Shown: in pieces, positions 37,684 to 50,313 of the stretch | Layout of the letters: every line of letters begins with the position of its first letter | Position numbering within the stretch: the first letter of the stretch is position 1 | Source of the DNA: Auanema rhodensis | Lineage: Eukaryota > Animalia > Nematoda | Direction: 5' to 3' | Length of the DNA stretch: 64,000 bases | Assembly: GCA_964057225.1 (NCBI GenBank) | Contig: OZ059894.1 | Location: forward strand, 17,918,001 to 17,982,000 | Program-made: the position numbers and the translations under genes | Notes under the pieces: model-generated | What the model was told of the DNA's origin: nothing | Databases searched by the model: none | The model's input: only the letters and a program-made list of their open reading frames with translations

Positions 37684-39155
37684 TCAAGTTTGCTTCATAT
37701 TCACAAAGGAAGCTAGCATTGTTTGTAAGTCAAACATGGAAACATTTTGAAACAGATTTGAGCTGGGAGAAATTAAAGATGTAGAATAAAACGGAAATGA
37801 TGCAGGTATACTATGATAAGTATATAAGTTTGTTAACAAATTAGGAGTAATAATAGGCACTCCGTTGCACATTGAAGGATAAGTTGAAACTGTTGGTGCT
37901 ACTAGTATAGATGGTACGTCCTGGTGAGCGTTGAGCAAACCAAACGATGAAGGCATTGTTGGTGACGGAGAGACAGTAGCTGGTATCTGAAAACGTATCC
38001 TGTTGATGTTTGATGCTCATGAATAAAAGAATATTTGTTTTAGTTTCGATGATCAATTTTCATTAAATTTGACTATTCGTTGAAATATTCAGGCTTTTGA
38101 CACCTGGCAAAAGGTGTCTATCCTGTAAAACAGAGGATATCCTGTTCAAATACAAAATTTCAAATATTTCTTCGAAATGTATAGTATAATTAGTTCAATG
38201 GAAAATAATCAAATATCAATCTATCTGAAAAATAAAATAAAAAACTACTTACTGAAATGTCTGTAGTGCCAATTGAATGACCGACGTAGTTAGCAGCTTG
38301 AAGACAAGTCCCTTGACGGTTACCGTCTGAACTATCGGGAGAATTAACAGAAGAAGCTTCTGACGAATTTGTTGAATCAGATACTGTAAATTGAAAATAT
38401 GATACTGCTAGATCATTACAAATTCATACATGAAGGTTGAGATTTGTTTTTCTTGATATGTCGATCGAGAGCTCGCCGAGTATCAATGAGATCACATTGA
38501 ACACAGCGGCAATCAGCGTATTCGCAGTTTTTCTTATGATCCTATATAGATGAATTCAATTATGACTGGGAGGGCATTTATCAAGCAACCTTTTTCCACA
38601 TTAATACTCCATGATTTTTACATTTTTGGCAAAAATAACACAGGTTTATTTCTTCTTTCTTCTCCTTCTTTTCAGTATTCCATGGTACTATATCTGCTTC
38701 AGATTCATCAGTTGTGCGCTGAAAAACTATTTATATGAAAAACTTCGAGTAGTAAATTCATTAATTTACTTGAAACTTTTTGTCCTGTTCACGACGTAAC
38801 CGAATCTGTGTAGACATTATTGACCTACGTTTTCTAACCAGATCACACTACAAGAATAAAAAAATTAAAAAAGCATAGCAGTAGGCTTATAGAGAAGGGT
38901 CTGAAATAATTTTGCTTAAACTTACTTTCCAACAATCACAGTCTTTGAACTGGCACAAGTGTTTTCTCGTTTCCACAACAATTCCATGTTGTCGACAGAT
39001 TCCACAATGTCGTTTGACATCTGAGCTCATCAGAAATCATAAAAATGATGCAGTGCAACTGGAAAGATACCCTTTGGAATTTTCTTGCCGTAACCAAAAA
39101 ATCTTCGACAATCGTTGATTTTCTTCTGTTCATCGACATCGGCGAGTCCAGCCAT
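37684..39155 (-). CDS. Doublesex/MAB-3 (DMRT) transcription factor with two DM domains (DMD-10/DMD-11-like)
   Basis: DM1 RHCGICRQHGIVVETRKHLCQFKDCDCWKCDLVRKRRSIMSTQIRLRR; DM2 CYFCQKCKNHGVLMWKKDHKKNCEYADCRCVQCDLIDTRR; S/P-rich C-terminus; ATG 39155 after ttttag acceptor. Confidence 0.92.
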
Positions 39156-42100
39156 GTTCAGCTAAAACGTTTACTGGTCAATGTTTAAAATATGAAAAAA
39201 AATTGAAAAAAAAACAAAAAAGGAAAGAATAGTTGAAAGAATATAATTCGAATACAAATTTATTTTGATAGAATTGCTGGTTGACGGAAAATATCTTGAA
39301 GAAGGTAGACAGTTGAGATAACTTGGAAATGTTGGGCAAGTTTATATACTCGTGATTTCGGATTTTCATATAAACCGCTGAGATAGGACTTCTTTCTATA
39401 TAATAAGTGATAATCAGTGATTGTGATCGAATAATAAAGAATAGAGAAAGGATGCTAATATATTTGGAAACGGAAGACGACGTGTCTTTGAGCATCATAA
39501 GAAAACAGTTATCCTTGAATTGACGTCAGCTTTTAATTTTTCTATAAGACTCATTGCACATAATTGCTTAATCATCAAAAACAACTAAAAATTCTGAAAA
39601 TTAAAAAAAATTATTTTGAGCCTAAAACCTTTTTGGAAACTTTATTTGCCCGCAAATTAATTATAAATATGTAAGCCAATTAATCAAATTAATCAACTTT
39701 ATAACCAAAAGTTTGAATTTTTTGAATTAAAATCTTTCAAGTTATCATTGTTCATATGTGAATAAAGGATAATTATATTAATTATACCAATTTTCTATTT
39801 TTTATATATGCTCTTCTTCTTTTTCTGCTGTTGTCGTGTCAAAAAGTGAAGTAGATTAGCAAAGATGATACAGCTTTGGTTTGAGCATGTCGTCCGGAGC
39901 CAGATGGTTCTCTACGTCACATCGTCTTAAATTATTTTTGAACCATTGTTCTTTATGTTTTAAGACCAAATGACAAAAAAAAACAAATATTTTACACAGC
40001 TCATCCTCTTTAACAAGTATTCAACTTTTCAATGTAGCGGTATCAAGGGGTACTAAGTCGGGTATAGATTACGGTAATTCAGAGGCTTTTCAACTAGCAA
40101 ATCGCGTTTATATACGCCATACAAAGATTCATATATACATATATATATACATATATATATATATTATTATGGATATATAACTATTTATATATTTGAAATT
40201 ATTATATATATTATTTTGGAGAAAAAGAAAAGATTAATATATTCAAATAGGCATATTTGAAACTTATAGAAACATTTTGTAGTTTAGCGGATTTCATTCA
40301 TAACTTCACAACTTGTATCAGAAAATTGAAGAAGCAAGTAAAAAATGTTCATACATTTTATTTTTTTTTATTTTAAAAAAGATTAAATTGTAATAATATC
40401 ATGAAATCGTGTAAATTCTTGCTCATGTTGAAAACAGGGAAAAATATAGAAATGTTAAAATAAAGTATTATTTTACACAAAACTACATAAAACGATAAAA
40501 TCTTTAACTTTTATGATTTCTATGTTTGCGATAATTTCTTTAATTTTTCTTCAATTTCATCGTTCTTTTGGTAAAAAATGTTAGGCAAAATATTCACGCG
40601 TTTTTCTTGCAATCAGCAAGCCACTAGCTGAAACCGGTATGATCTAATACGTGCACGAGTGTTTTTTAATTTTAAAGATACTAGATCAAAAGATATGAAA
40701 AATATACATTTGTTGCAATTTTCATAGTACAAGATCATAAATTAATATTTAAGTTTTAAGAAATTGAATAATTTTCTCAATATTACTTTTTTTGTCGTTA
40801 AAAGACATTTCTGAAATATGCTGCATTCTCTATATTTGAACATTTTTTTTGAAAGAATGAAGTAACTCAGTTATTAAAAATGATTTTTCTCAAAAAGAAC
40901 AATGGTATACATGTGTAGCTAAGGACATCTTTTCATATTCGGTGCGTGGGTTTGTAACAGACTAGTGCTATATCTAGTTACGGAGAATGTATATTATTAC
41001 TAGCCAGTTGTTCAAAAGAAATATTTTTTTTGATAAGAAAAATAGTTAGTTGATATACAGTAAAAATCTCATTTGTTAGTTTAAAATTGATTCTTAACTT
41101 GAAACATTTTGATTGGAAAGTGCGATAACCAAAAGCGTAGAAGAAATGCGCAATGATATTTGAAGTATATTATGAAATTTATAAATTTTAGCTACATATA
41201 TTACCGGAAAAGGAAAATTTAATATAATATTCTTTTCAAATGAATTTGAATGACAAAAAAGTGTACAATAAGTTTTGCAACAGTGATTTTTAGTTGTATC
41301 ATATTTCAAAAGGTCGAGAATCTATCAGAAATCTGATCTGCACACAAACTATATGTAAGATTAGTGAACTCCAACTGTAACACATATCTAACAATTGAGA
41401 AGGTTGAAAGTTGAAATTTTTTAAAAAATATTTAAACTATAGTGTGGAAATGGATAATAGAAAGTATGATGTGTTCTGGGTAGAATGTTTAAATCAGAAT
41501 ATTGTGTTCTTAGATCTGGACCGACGATAAGAGCTGTTCATCAAGGCTCAACCTAATCCGTTCGGTATTTTTTGCCAAAAACAAAACAGGACAATTTTTT
41601 TTTCATAGGTAAAGGCAATGAAAAAAAGTTAAGCAACCAAGGACATCTTGATAGCTTGCGATGAATTTTTTCGGGTATAAAAAGATTAAAAAACGAAAGA
41701 AAAAGAAAAAGTTATTGAAAAGCTTCGGTAATAAACACATACAGACATTGGCCATCAACATAAAACCTGAAAAAAACATGAAAATGAATGAACTAGAATA
41801 ACAGAATACTATACATATATGTATGAGACCTGATTTTGGCTAAAAAAATATCTCAAGAAGGGCAGGTGAAACTATACTATAATGTTGTACCACACACACA
41901 TAACATACACACATACATAGAAGAGCTGGAAAACATAGTACAAAGCTTTAACTAGAACAAATTTTCAAAATAAATCATTCTTGTCTTTTTATATTTTACT
42001 TATCATTTTATGGTGATTTTCTTATTGGCTCCTTTTTCTAAAATGAAGTTTCTACCTGTTGAAAAAAAATGAAAAATCTGATGTTGATAACAAAAGCCAT

Positions 42101-43753
42101 AAATTCCATATTTAGTGATGTTAAGGGATTCGAGTGTAAATCATTTTGTTGTTTCACTTTGGAGAAAGAAATGAACATAAACGACGAGCTACAGAGAAGT
42201 TGAAATGAACAGAACATATGGAAAATATCAAATAATGAATATTTTAGATATTTATATGAAACTGATTTGAAAACATTTTGAAAAATAACTGTACCACCGA
42301 AAAAAAAAACAGTAACAACTGTGTTTTTTTCATAATTTTTGTGGAAATTTTTCTAAATATACTGTATATATGATAGCAGATTTATCATAAGATATGTAAA
42401 TAAATAAGTTATAAAGGAAATGAATAAAATAAAATAATAATTAAAGATAAAAAAATTGTTAAATGTTCTATGATCATTGAAATGTGTCAAAATAGGCTTG
42501 AACAAGACATGAAACAATGTGTATAGATGTTAGCTCAGCCGGCTTGAAAAAGCTTATAGATACATAGAGACAGGTCGCGAACAGACGTCGAAATACATCT
42601 CTCCATTTTTCTAGGAGTTAAAGTTTCACCCTATTGAACAAGTGATTTTTCTTTTTTTTTAATTTAAAGGAAACGATCGTTGTTATTCAAATAACATTTC
42701 GATAATTACATGAAAAAAATTGTAATTTTAAAATTCTAAATATAGATGTATTAACTAGAACTAAATAAATAAATTTATATGTTATAGTAAATAATTAAAA
42801 AAGAAGTAAAAGTTCAACGAATATCATCACAGCATATACATAGTTAGTTACACATACTTGCCAGCATGTATTTTGAAATAATAATAAGTTCAAATACATA
42901 TGTATTATTATTTTTCTTGTATCAAAGGCATATATATTCCAAACGATATAAATCCATATATTTAGGTGATACAAATGAAACATTCAGAAGAGGAATCAGA
43001 AACTTTGAAGACAGGTGACAGAGAGTGATAGAGAACGAGGGTCAATACTTTAGAAAATAAAAAGTTTTGCATTTATATGTTTTTTTTTGAAGTTTTTTGG
43101 GGCTACATAAGAGGAACTACGTTTCATTTATACCACCTAATATACTATTTATATATTATTTCGAAGATCGATTATTTAAGTTTATGTGATTAATTTGTTC
43201 TCCCCCCTTGATATTCTTAAACAAAAATTTCTCCACATTCTTAATTATAATCAAAATAATTAATTATAATGCTAAACACATTAAAAGCATATATAAAAAA
43301 TGTATATAAATCTACTACGATAGCGGCTCTTATGAGCAGAATTAGAATTGCAAACGTGTTTGAAAGACGATAATCGCTTCGTAAGCTGTGGAATCAGATG
43401 TTATATGGCAAACGGTAGCTACAAAAAATTAAAAATTTTTGACAGTTCGATAAGAAATTAGACGTTCGGGAGACTGTCAATCAAATATGAATATCAGTAT
43501 AATATTAATACAATTACATATATATGTATGATTGGAAGAGAACCTGGAGAATGATTAGTAAACAAGGTGATTTTCATGTTATATCTGACATTTCTTAGAA
43601 AATGACCAGAAATCAGCAACATAACATAGAAATAATTAGTAATTTCTCAATGTTATTTCGTAAAAAAAATAAAATAAAGTTTTAATTATTTATTAAATAT
43701 TTATCCTAAAAATAATCAATTTGAGATTTAATATTAATGTTATTTACAATATA

Positions 43754-46700
43754 TTATGAGCAATCGGTAAGAGTGAATGTTGGTGTTTCTATTGTAGCCG
43801 TACTTTTTCGTCGTTGTCGTTCAGACAGTGGACTCATCTTTCGTATGCTTCGAAGTGGCATAGATACAGCTGATGATGCATCTAACGAAAATCTTTTCGG
43901 TAAAAACGAAGAAGTTTCTCCGTCCGAATCAACTACGGAACTCACTAAGGAATGTCGTTCATCTCGCTAAACGAAATTAGTTTTGGTTTTTTTAGAAACA
44001 AGTTGAAGAAAAAATTGGGTGGGATTCTTAAAACAACTAACAGTTCCCATTGAAGTTATGCTTCCTCTGCCAGAATCTTGACCAAAACTTTTTGCACTTT
44101 CATGCCGATTTCTGCTTAATAGGCGTTGCCAACTAGGCTTAGATGGCTGAAATTACACGAATAAGGTTAATATAACATATTAGAAGATATTCTAACTCTT
44201 TCTGTTTCCTCACGAATTTGATTAGGTATATGCTCATGATGACTTTCACTTGAATGCTCTGATAAGTCTGATACCTAAGTTGAAAAAATTGATTTAGTAA
44301 AGTAAATTTAATTGTTTCACTTCAGGTATTGCTGATATACGTTTTAGAAGTCCAAATGATCTTCGTGTTGATTCAGACGATGATCTATGTCCTCCACTGT
44401 AATCTTCTTGAAATGAGACTCTCGGAGATGAGCTAAAAACAACAATCAGCAGAAATTCTTTCTATATCTTTTACCTATTTCTCTTTGTTGGAATTTCAAT
44501 AGTATCCATAGAATCTATAGTTCTAGTTGTAGAGCATTTTGAGCCTCTTGGTGTACTATTCAATGATGTCATCTTAAAAATATTTTAATGTATTAATTTG
44601 GATTATCAATTACTTGAGTTACTTGAAGCCTTGTTGGACTACATGGCTCATCACGTCTACCAGGAGGTTGAGAATTGTAGAAATTTGACAGTGTACTGAA
44701 GAATATGAATTATTTAGAAGAAATTATTGTCTATTACTTCAAAGCAATTCCAGGTGTACTTGTAATTCGTCGTAAAACAGGAATTGTTTTCGTTTTAACT
44801 TTACGAAGAATAACCTTAAGAATGAGACTTATCTTATATATTAGATAGAATACTTACCTCAGTTAAGAAAACGTATAGAAAAGGATTAGCAAATGAATTT
44901 AGAGGAAAGAAAAATACTAAAAATACTTTTGCATTGCTAATAGAGATGAGAGGATATCCTAATGCTGCTGTCATGCCTGAATCAAACTCAAATTTCTTAC
45001 ATTTCTAAACTTTCCACAAACCAAAAAATATTGTGGGAAACCAACAAATCAAATCTGTGAATATCAGTAAAGCCATTTTAGCTATTATAGCTTTGTCCTC
45101 ATCACGAGAAGGAGTTGAAGGATCCTAAACGTTAGATTAAAGATTCAGGTTTTAAATTCTATTCACCTTGAGCATTAAAATGATAAAAGCATAGCAAACA
45201 GCCATTCCCATAAAAGAAATTAAGTTAAACGAGAGACCGAATATCAAGTAAACCTGCAAATTCTCATTCTATTACATGACAATCAGAGAAAAGTAATGTA
45301 CCTTATCCAATAAGCTGTCGGCTTTCAATGGTAAACATATACTTGTCGTACTGTAACTAGAAATGCCAAATATTGGTAATAAAGCCATCACAATGGAATA
45401 TATCCATCCAGTAATCAACATAAGAAATGATACTTTTAAACTGAGTCTTCTTCCATAAAAACCCATTCTAAGTAGATAAATTATGAATATTGATTATTAC
45501 TTGTTATATTAAAACCTCGTATTATAGGCCATTTCAAATGCTATTAAGAACATTGAGATTATACTTAGTTTAGATGCGAAAACAGCTAAAAACCCAGCAG
45601 TTTGGCATCCCCAGCCTGTCTGCCAAGCAACAGCATGACGATAATATTCATTTGACGTTCGCACATCCTGGGTAGCAAGAATTCCTAGATAGACACCTGC
45701 AAACACATTTTTGCTTGAATTCGGGAACCAAATCATACCTGTTAACAAATCTGCTATTGATAAATTAATCATAAATAAGTAATGTATTCTCATACGACGT
45801 TCAAAAGCTAACGCCAGAGATACCCATACAAGAATATTTCCTAATATTGCTAATATCCATACTACCCATATTGTTTTTCTTAGCAGAGGATAGCTGAATA
45901 ATTTTCAAATATGTTTTTAGCAAATATATCTCGTGGTTTCTTACCCAACGATATTCTCGCATGGATTGAGGGCATCTGGTTGTGGTGTACATGTAATATT
46001 CTTGAATAGCTTCTGCGCTGCTGTATCTTGACCTTCTGACAAGCATTTCAAAGCTCCAATCATATTAGGAGGAAATTCGGGTAATTCCTCTTCATAATCT
46101 GCATCTGATGGTTCAGGTAGCCATGAATCGGAGAAATACGGTAACCAATCAGGAAACTCGAATGGAGCTGATGCAGCCTAAAAGCTAAATCATAACATTC
46201 CCGACAAAGAGCTGAAGCTCATCACCTCCCGCTTTTTCCGTCTAAGTTTGAGATCTTTCGTCTTACTTTCTTGTTCTTTGCACATACGGTTTTTATTACT
46301 TTTGCTTTTGCTTCCATCGTTCTCGTCAACACTGTCAACATGCTGAAAAGCAATAATATGATCGTAAATATCATATATGATATGAAATAATATTGAATAT
46401 CATAAATGTCGAAACTGAAACTTTTTCTTCCTCTTACACATTTCTCTCAGATTTAAAATACTAAAATATGAATATAATTTTTGTTTTTGCTATTCATATC
46501 ATTCAAAAATATCATATAAAAGAAAGGGTAGGCTGTAAAAGGAAAGAGTATGATAAAAATTGATTCGCAATGTTTGAGCAACAACAATAAAGGAAATTGC
46601 TACCTTGAATAAACAGCAATGATGAGGATATGTGAATTGTGCTGTTTTCAGTTTTGGAAAGCTGCAATTTTTAAATCTATTAATATATTTTTTTATTTAA

Positions 46701-48473
46701 TTTCAAACTTGCCTCAATACAGATGGTAAATGTTTTAATGTTGGAACATTCGTTAAAGTTAACGATTTAAGATTTTTCAAACCATTTTTCGGTAATTCCG
46801 TAATACTTGTGTCGGAGAGTTGCCTGGAAATCAAAAAAAAGATGATGAAACATCTATAAAACTGAATTACAAATGATGTAGTTCACTTATTCCTCGAAAA
46901 GAATCTACAGAGAGTTCTGTAAGATCTGGATTGTTATTCAAATATCTGAATGAACATAAATATATTTTTCTGTATTCAAATATTTCATACAGTTTAGCAA
47001 AGCTACAACTTCGAAATGCAAAAGCTGATATTTCACGGATGCGGTTATGATTGAGACGAAGGCTTCGAGCACGAACACCATGAACACGTCGTTCACCAAT
47101 GTATTGAATCTAAACGTAGATTTATACATAAAAATTTATTTTTTTGTTCTTCACCTGATTACCAGATAAATCAACTTCAACTTCTAGTTTATGATCATCC
47201 GTCATTCGTAATCCTGGCATTCGTTTCAACTTGTTATCTCTTAATATTCTGAACCCCAAAAATAAAGGATGAATAAAATAATTTTTCAATTCAATTACAA
47301 TGTCTGAATTTTCAAATTTTGCTCCATCAGTGTTCCAGATATTTCTTCCAATTCTTTACACCATGTTAGAGAACTTAAAGAATATTGAAATTCTTGAAAT
47401 CGAATCTATGTTTCTTAAACATACAATTTTTTCAAATTACGTAAAATATCCAGTGCAGCTCCATTAAGATATCTCAATTTAGGTGAAGAGAAGATTTCAC
47501 TAAATAATAAAAATTATATTAAATCGAAAAAAAATTTCATGTGTTTATACATTTCTTCTAAATTTAAATATTGTGAAAAGAAATCAGAAGATATTTCTTC
47601 TAAACTCGTATTATACATCACTCTGAAATATAAAAGTTAGACTTTAAGCTCACATTAGTTAAACACACAAAACTTTAACAGTTGATGTTAGATTTTTTGG
47701 AAGATCTTTAACATCATTTCCTCTGCAACAACATTCTCCCCGTTCTCCTCGTACAACACATTGACAACCGTCGCCTTCGAATCGACATGATTTCTGTAAT
47801 GTGAACTTGATTTTTATAAAAATATGTGGAAATTTTAAAGCTTTTTTATGTGAAACTGTTTGCATTTTTTTTTTGAATCTCTTCATCTTATGAATAATCA
47901 ATACCTAATTTTAGTTGTGAACCTAATTAACTTAAAGAAGAAATGGAATGACAGCTGATAATAATCTTATATAATGATAAGAGAAAAGTTGTACAGAACT
48001 GTTTTTAATGAAAAAATTTATTTTTAGAAACTAAACCGCCACTACATCCCAATCTAATCATGCTTAATTTCAATTTTTCTATGATTTTTGATAATACTGT
48101 TAAGCCCTGAGGGTACGGAACAGTATTTTAGCTCATTAGCGTCAATTGGCTACAGCAGAAATGCAAACAAACAGTTCTTAAGCAGTAAACTGATGTGAAC
48201 ACAAAAAACTGTTTTTATTAAATGATTGCATTGACGAACGAACTTGAGACTTTTTAGAAAACTATGCGTCATCTATCTTCTAGAAGAACTTACTTTGGTT
48301 AAGGACCGGGGTGTCTCGAGCTGCCGGTTGCCGTAAGAATCTACGTATGGTAAAAGAGAAATCAAACACAAGAATAGAAATAAAGATATGGTAAATGAAG
48401 ATGCTAGAGAAAATGGATGTCCAATAATCGTCGATAGTTCACATTCACGTCTGTACATCGACGGGCGTGACAA
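43754..48473 (-). CDS. fshr-1: Glycoprotein-hormone-receptor-type LRR GPCR
   Basis: Hydrophobic signal exon 48293-48473; Cys cap; LRR exons; FTYPHHCC; [10 protein letters not shown]; [10 protein letters not shown]; WQTGWGC; SICLP; [11 protein letters not shown]; [13 protein letters not shown]; S/R-rich tail. Confidence 0.93.
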
Positions 48474-49356
48474 GAAAAATCAGGCAGAAATGAGTGTTTG
48501 ATGTGAGACTGTCTGGCTGACTGATAGCTCAAAGTAGAGAATAGAGAGGGAGAGAAAACGAAATGAGAAGAGAGAGAATTATTGATAACAGTAGGAGACA
48601 TGATGAGACTTATGTCTGCTCTTTATGGTCCACAAAAGAAAAGAGAGAAAAATGGAAATAAAGAGGATACTTTGATATAATAATGTGCAAATAATCGGAA
48701 GTTTAAAAACAAGGACAGATTCTGGTAGTAGATTTTTTTAATTAATCATCTAAACAATAAGATAAGTGATGTTTTGTTGTTTTTTAATTGAACATCTAAA
48801 TAATACAACCGTAAAAATTCTTCGAAGTTTAGTATTGTTACAGTACTTTCACATATAATATGTTGTGTATTCTCTTTACTTTATATGTCATCAATAAGCC
48901 TGATAATTATTCTTTATAGTTTATTTAGTTAACGTTTGTAAACATTCTTCTAAAATAGATATAATTATAATAAGATGACCAATTAATTAGGAAAAACAAT
49001 GTTTTCATCACATATAACTGAAATTGAAAATGTATTATTTACAATTATTATTAAATTTTCACTTTTCATTAAGAAAAATATCAAAATTTTATGAAAAATA
49101 AAATTTAAAAAGAAATAAATTTATTTGAAAACGTTTGAAAGAAGATGCTAGCTATTTTCTTAAATGACAACGTAAATCGAATTTGAACCTCATATCCGAA
49201 CTAAATTTTCGAAGAAGGCTACTTGCTTATTTACATACGCATAGTATATGCATCTTCAAGCACTTTTCACTTTGAACTTTTCTCTTCTTTTCACCAACTT
49301 CTTTACTATCATGCATGGCTTATGTTATTCTTTCTTTTCATTTTTTACCTTTCATA

Positions 49357-49441
<85 letters not shown>

Positions 49442-49450
49442 CTCTCTCTC
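49357..49450. repeat. (TC)n microsatellite
   Basis: Long near-perfect TC dinucleotide run between fshr-1 and the next gene; generates the spurious SLSLSL ORFs. Confidence 0.97.
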
Positions 49451-50313
49451 TTCCTTCATCTCTCATATACATATCGAGTTTTTTAAACTCTTGTACCTTT
49501 TGGATGTTGAACAGTTGTAAAAATAAATCTTTTATATTGTCTCTATAGAATAAACTAAAAGAAGAACAAAGCTGCTTCTAATCCAACCGTGGAAATTTTT
49601 TTCAAAGTTGCGCGCAGTTGGGCTCTTTACTTCATTGTCATTTATTTTTGCAATATTTTCAAACTAAAAGAACAGAAAATAATTGTTAAAATCTCATAAC
49701 TTCGTTTCAAAATGTAATTTTCAATAAAAAATAAAATATACAAATGTATTCATTAAGTGATAAAAAAGGTTACATTTCATATTTTCAATAAAATCATATT
49801 TTTCAATCGATGAGCTGTCGTGGTATCTGTTTGTTCTCACTTGAATATCTCTCTGTTGATTTCTGTTGATCTAGTCATGCTCATTTTGTCTGAGAATCCT
49901 TCTCAGATTCTTCTTTCCAATTCCGAATTCTGTAGAAAGATTCTAAAATTTCATATTTTTGTCTTAGTTTTTCAGTAATTTAACTCCTATGCTTAACTGA
50001 AAACTGAAAAAAAATTAAAACTTTCTTAGTAGTTGATTTTCTAGTAATATTCTTCTACATCTTTATAGAATTTAATTATTTTTCAGTTGAATTATTTTTA
50101 AATTTTTCTTTTTTCTCTTTTTTCGAATAAAAAATTGAAACAAAGAAAGTCCGCCGCATCACAACTTCTACTGAAACTGCTCTCAAAGCCTTTATCTTAG
50201 TGCTCAAGCCAAACACAACGAACATGCAGTTGCGTTCAAAAAAAGAAAATACGTTCAGATTCTTCGTTTAAAAAGAAATATTTATGTAATTTATTGAATT
50301 TCAGATTTCATAT

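Noticed and set aside
49223-49548. Three overlapping ORFs rich in SL repeats
   Set aside because: Artefacts of the (TC)n microsatellite.
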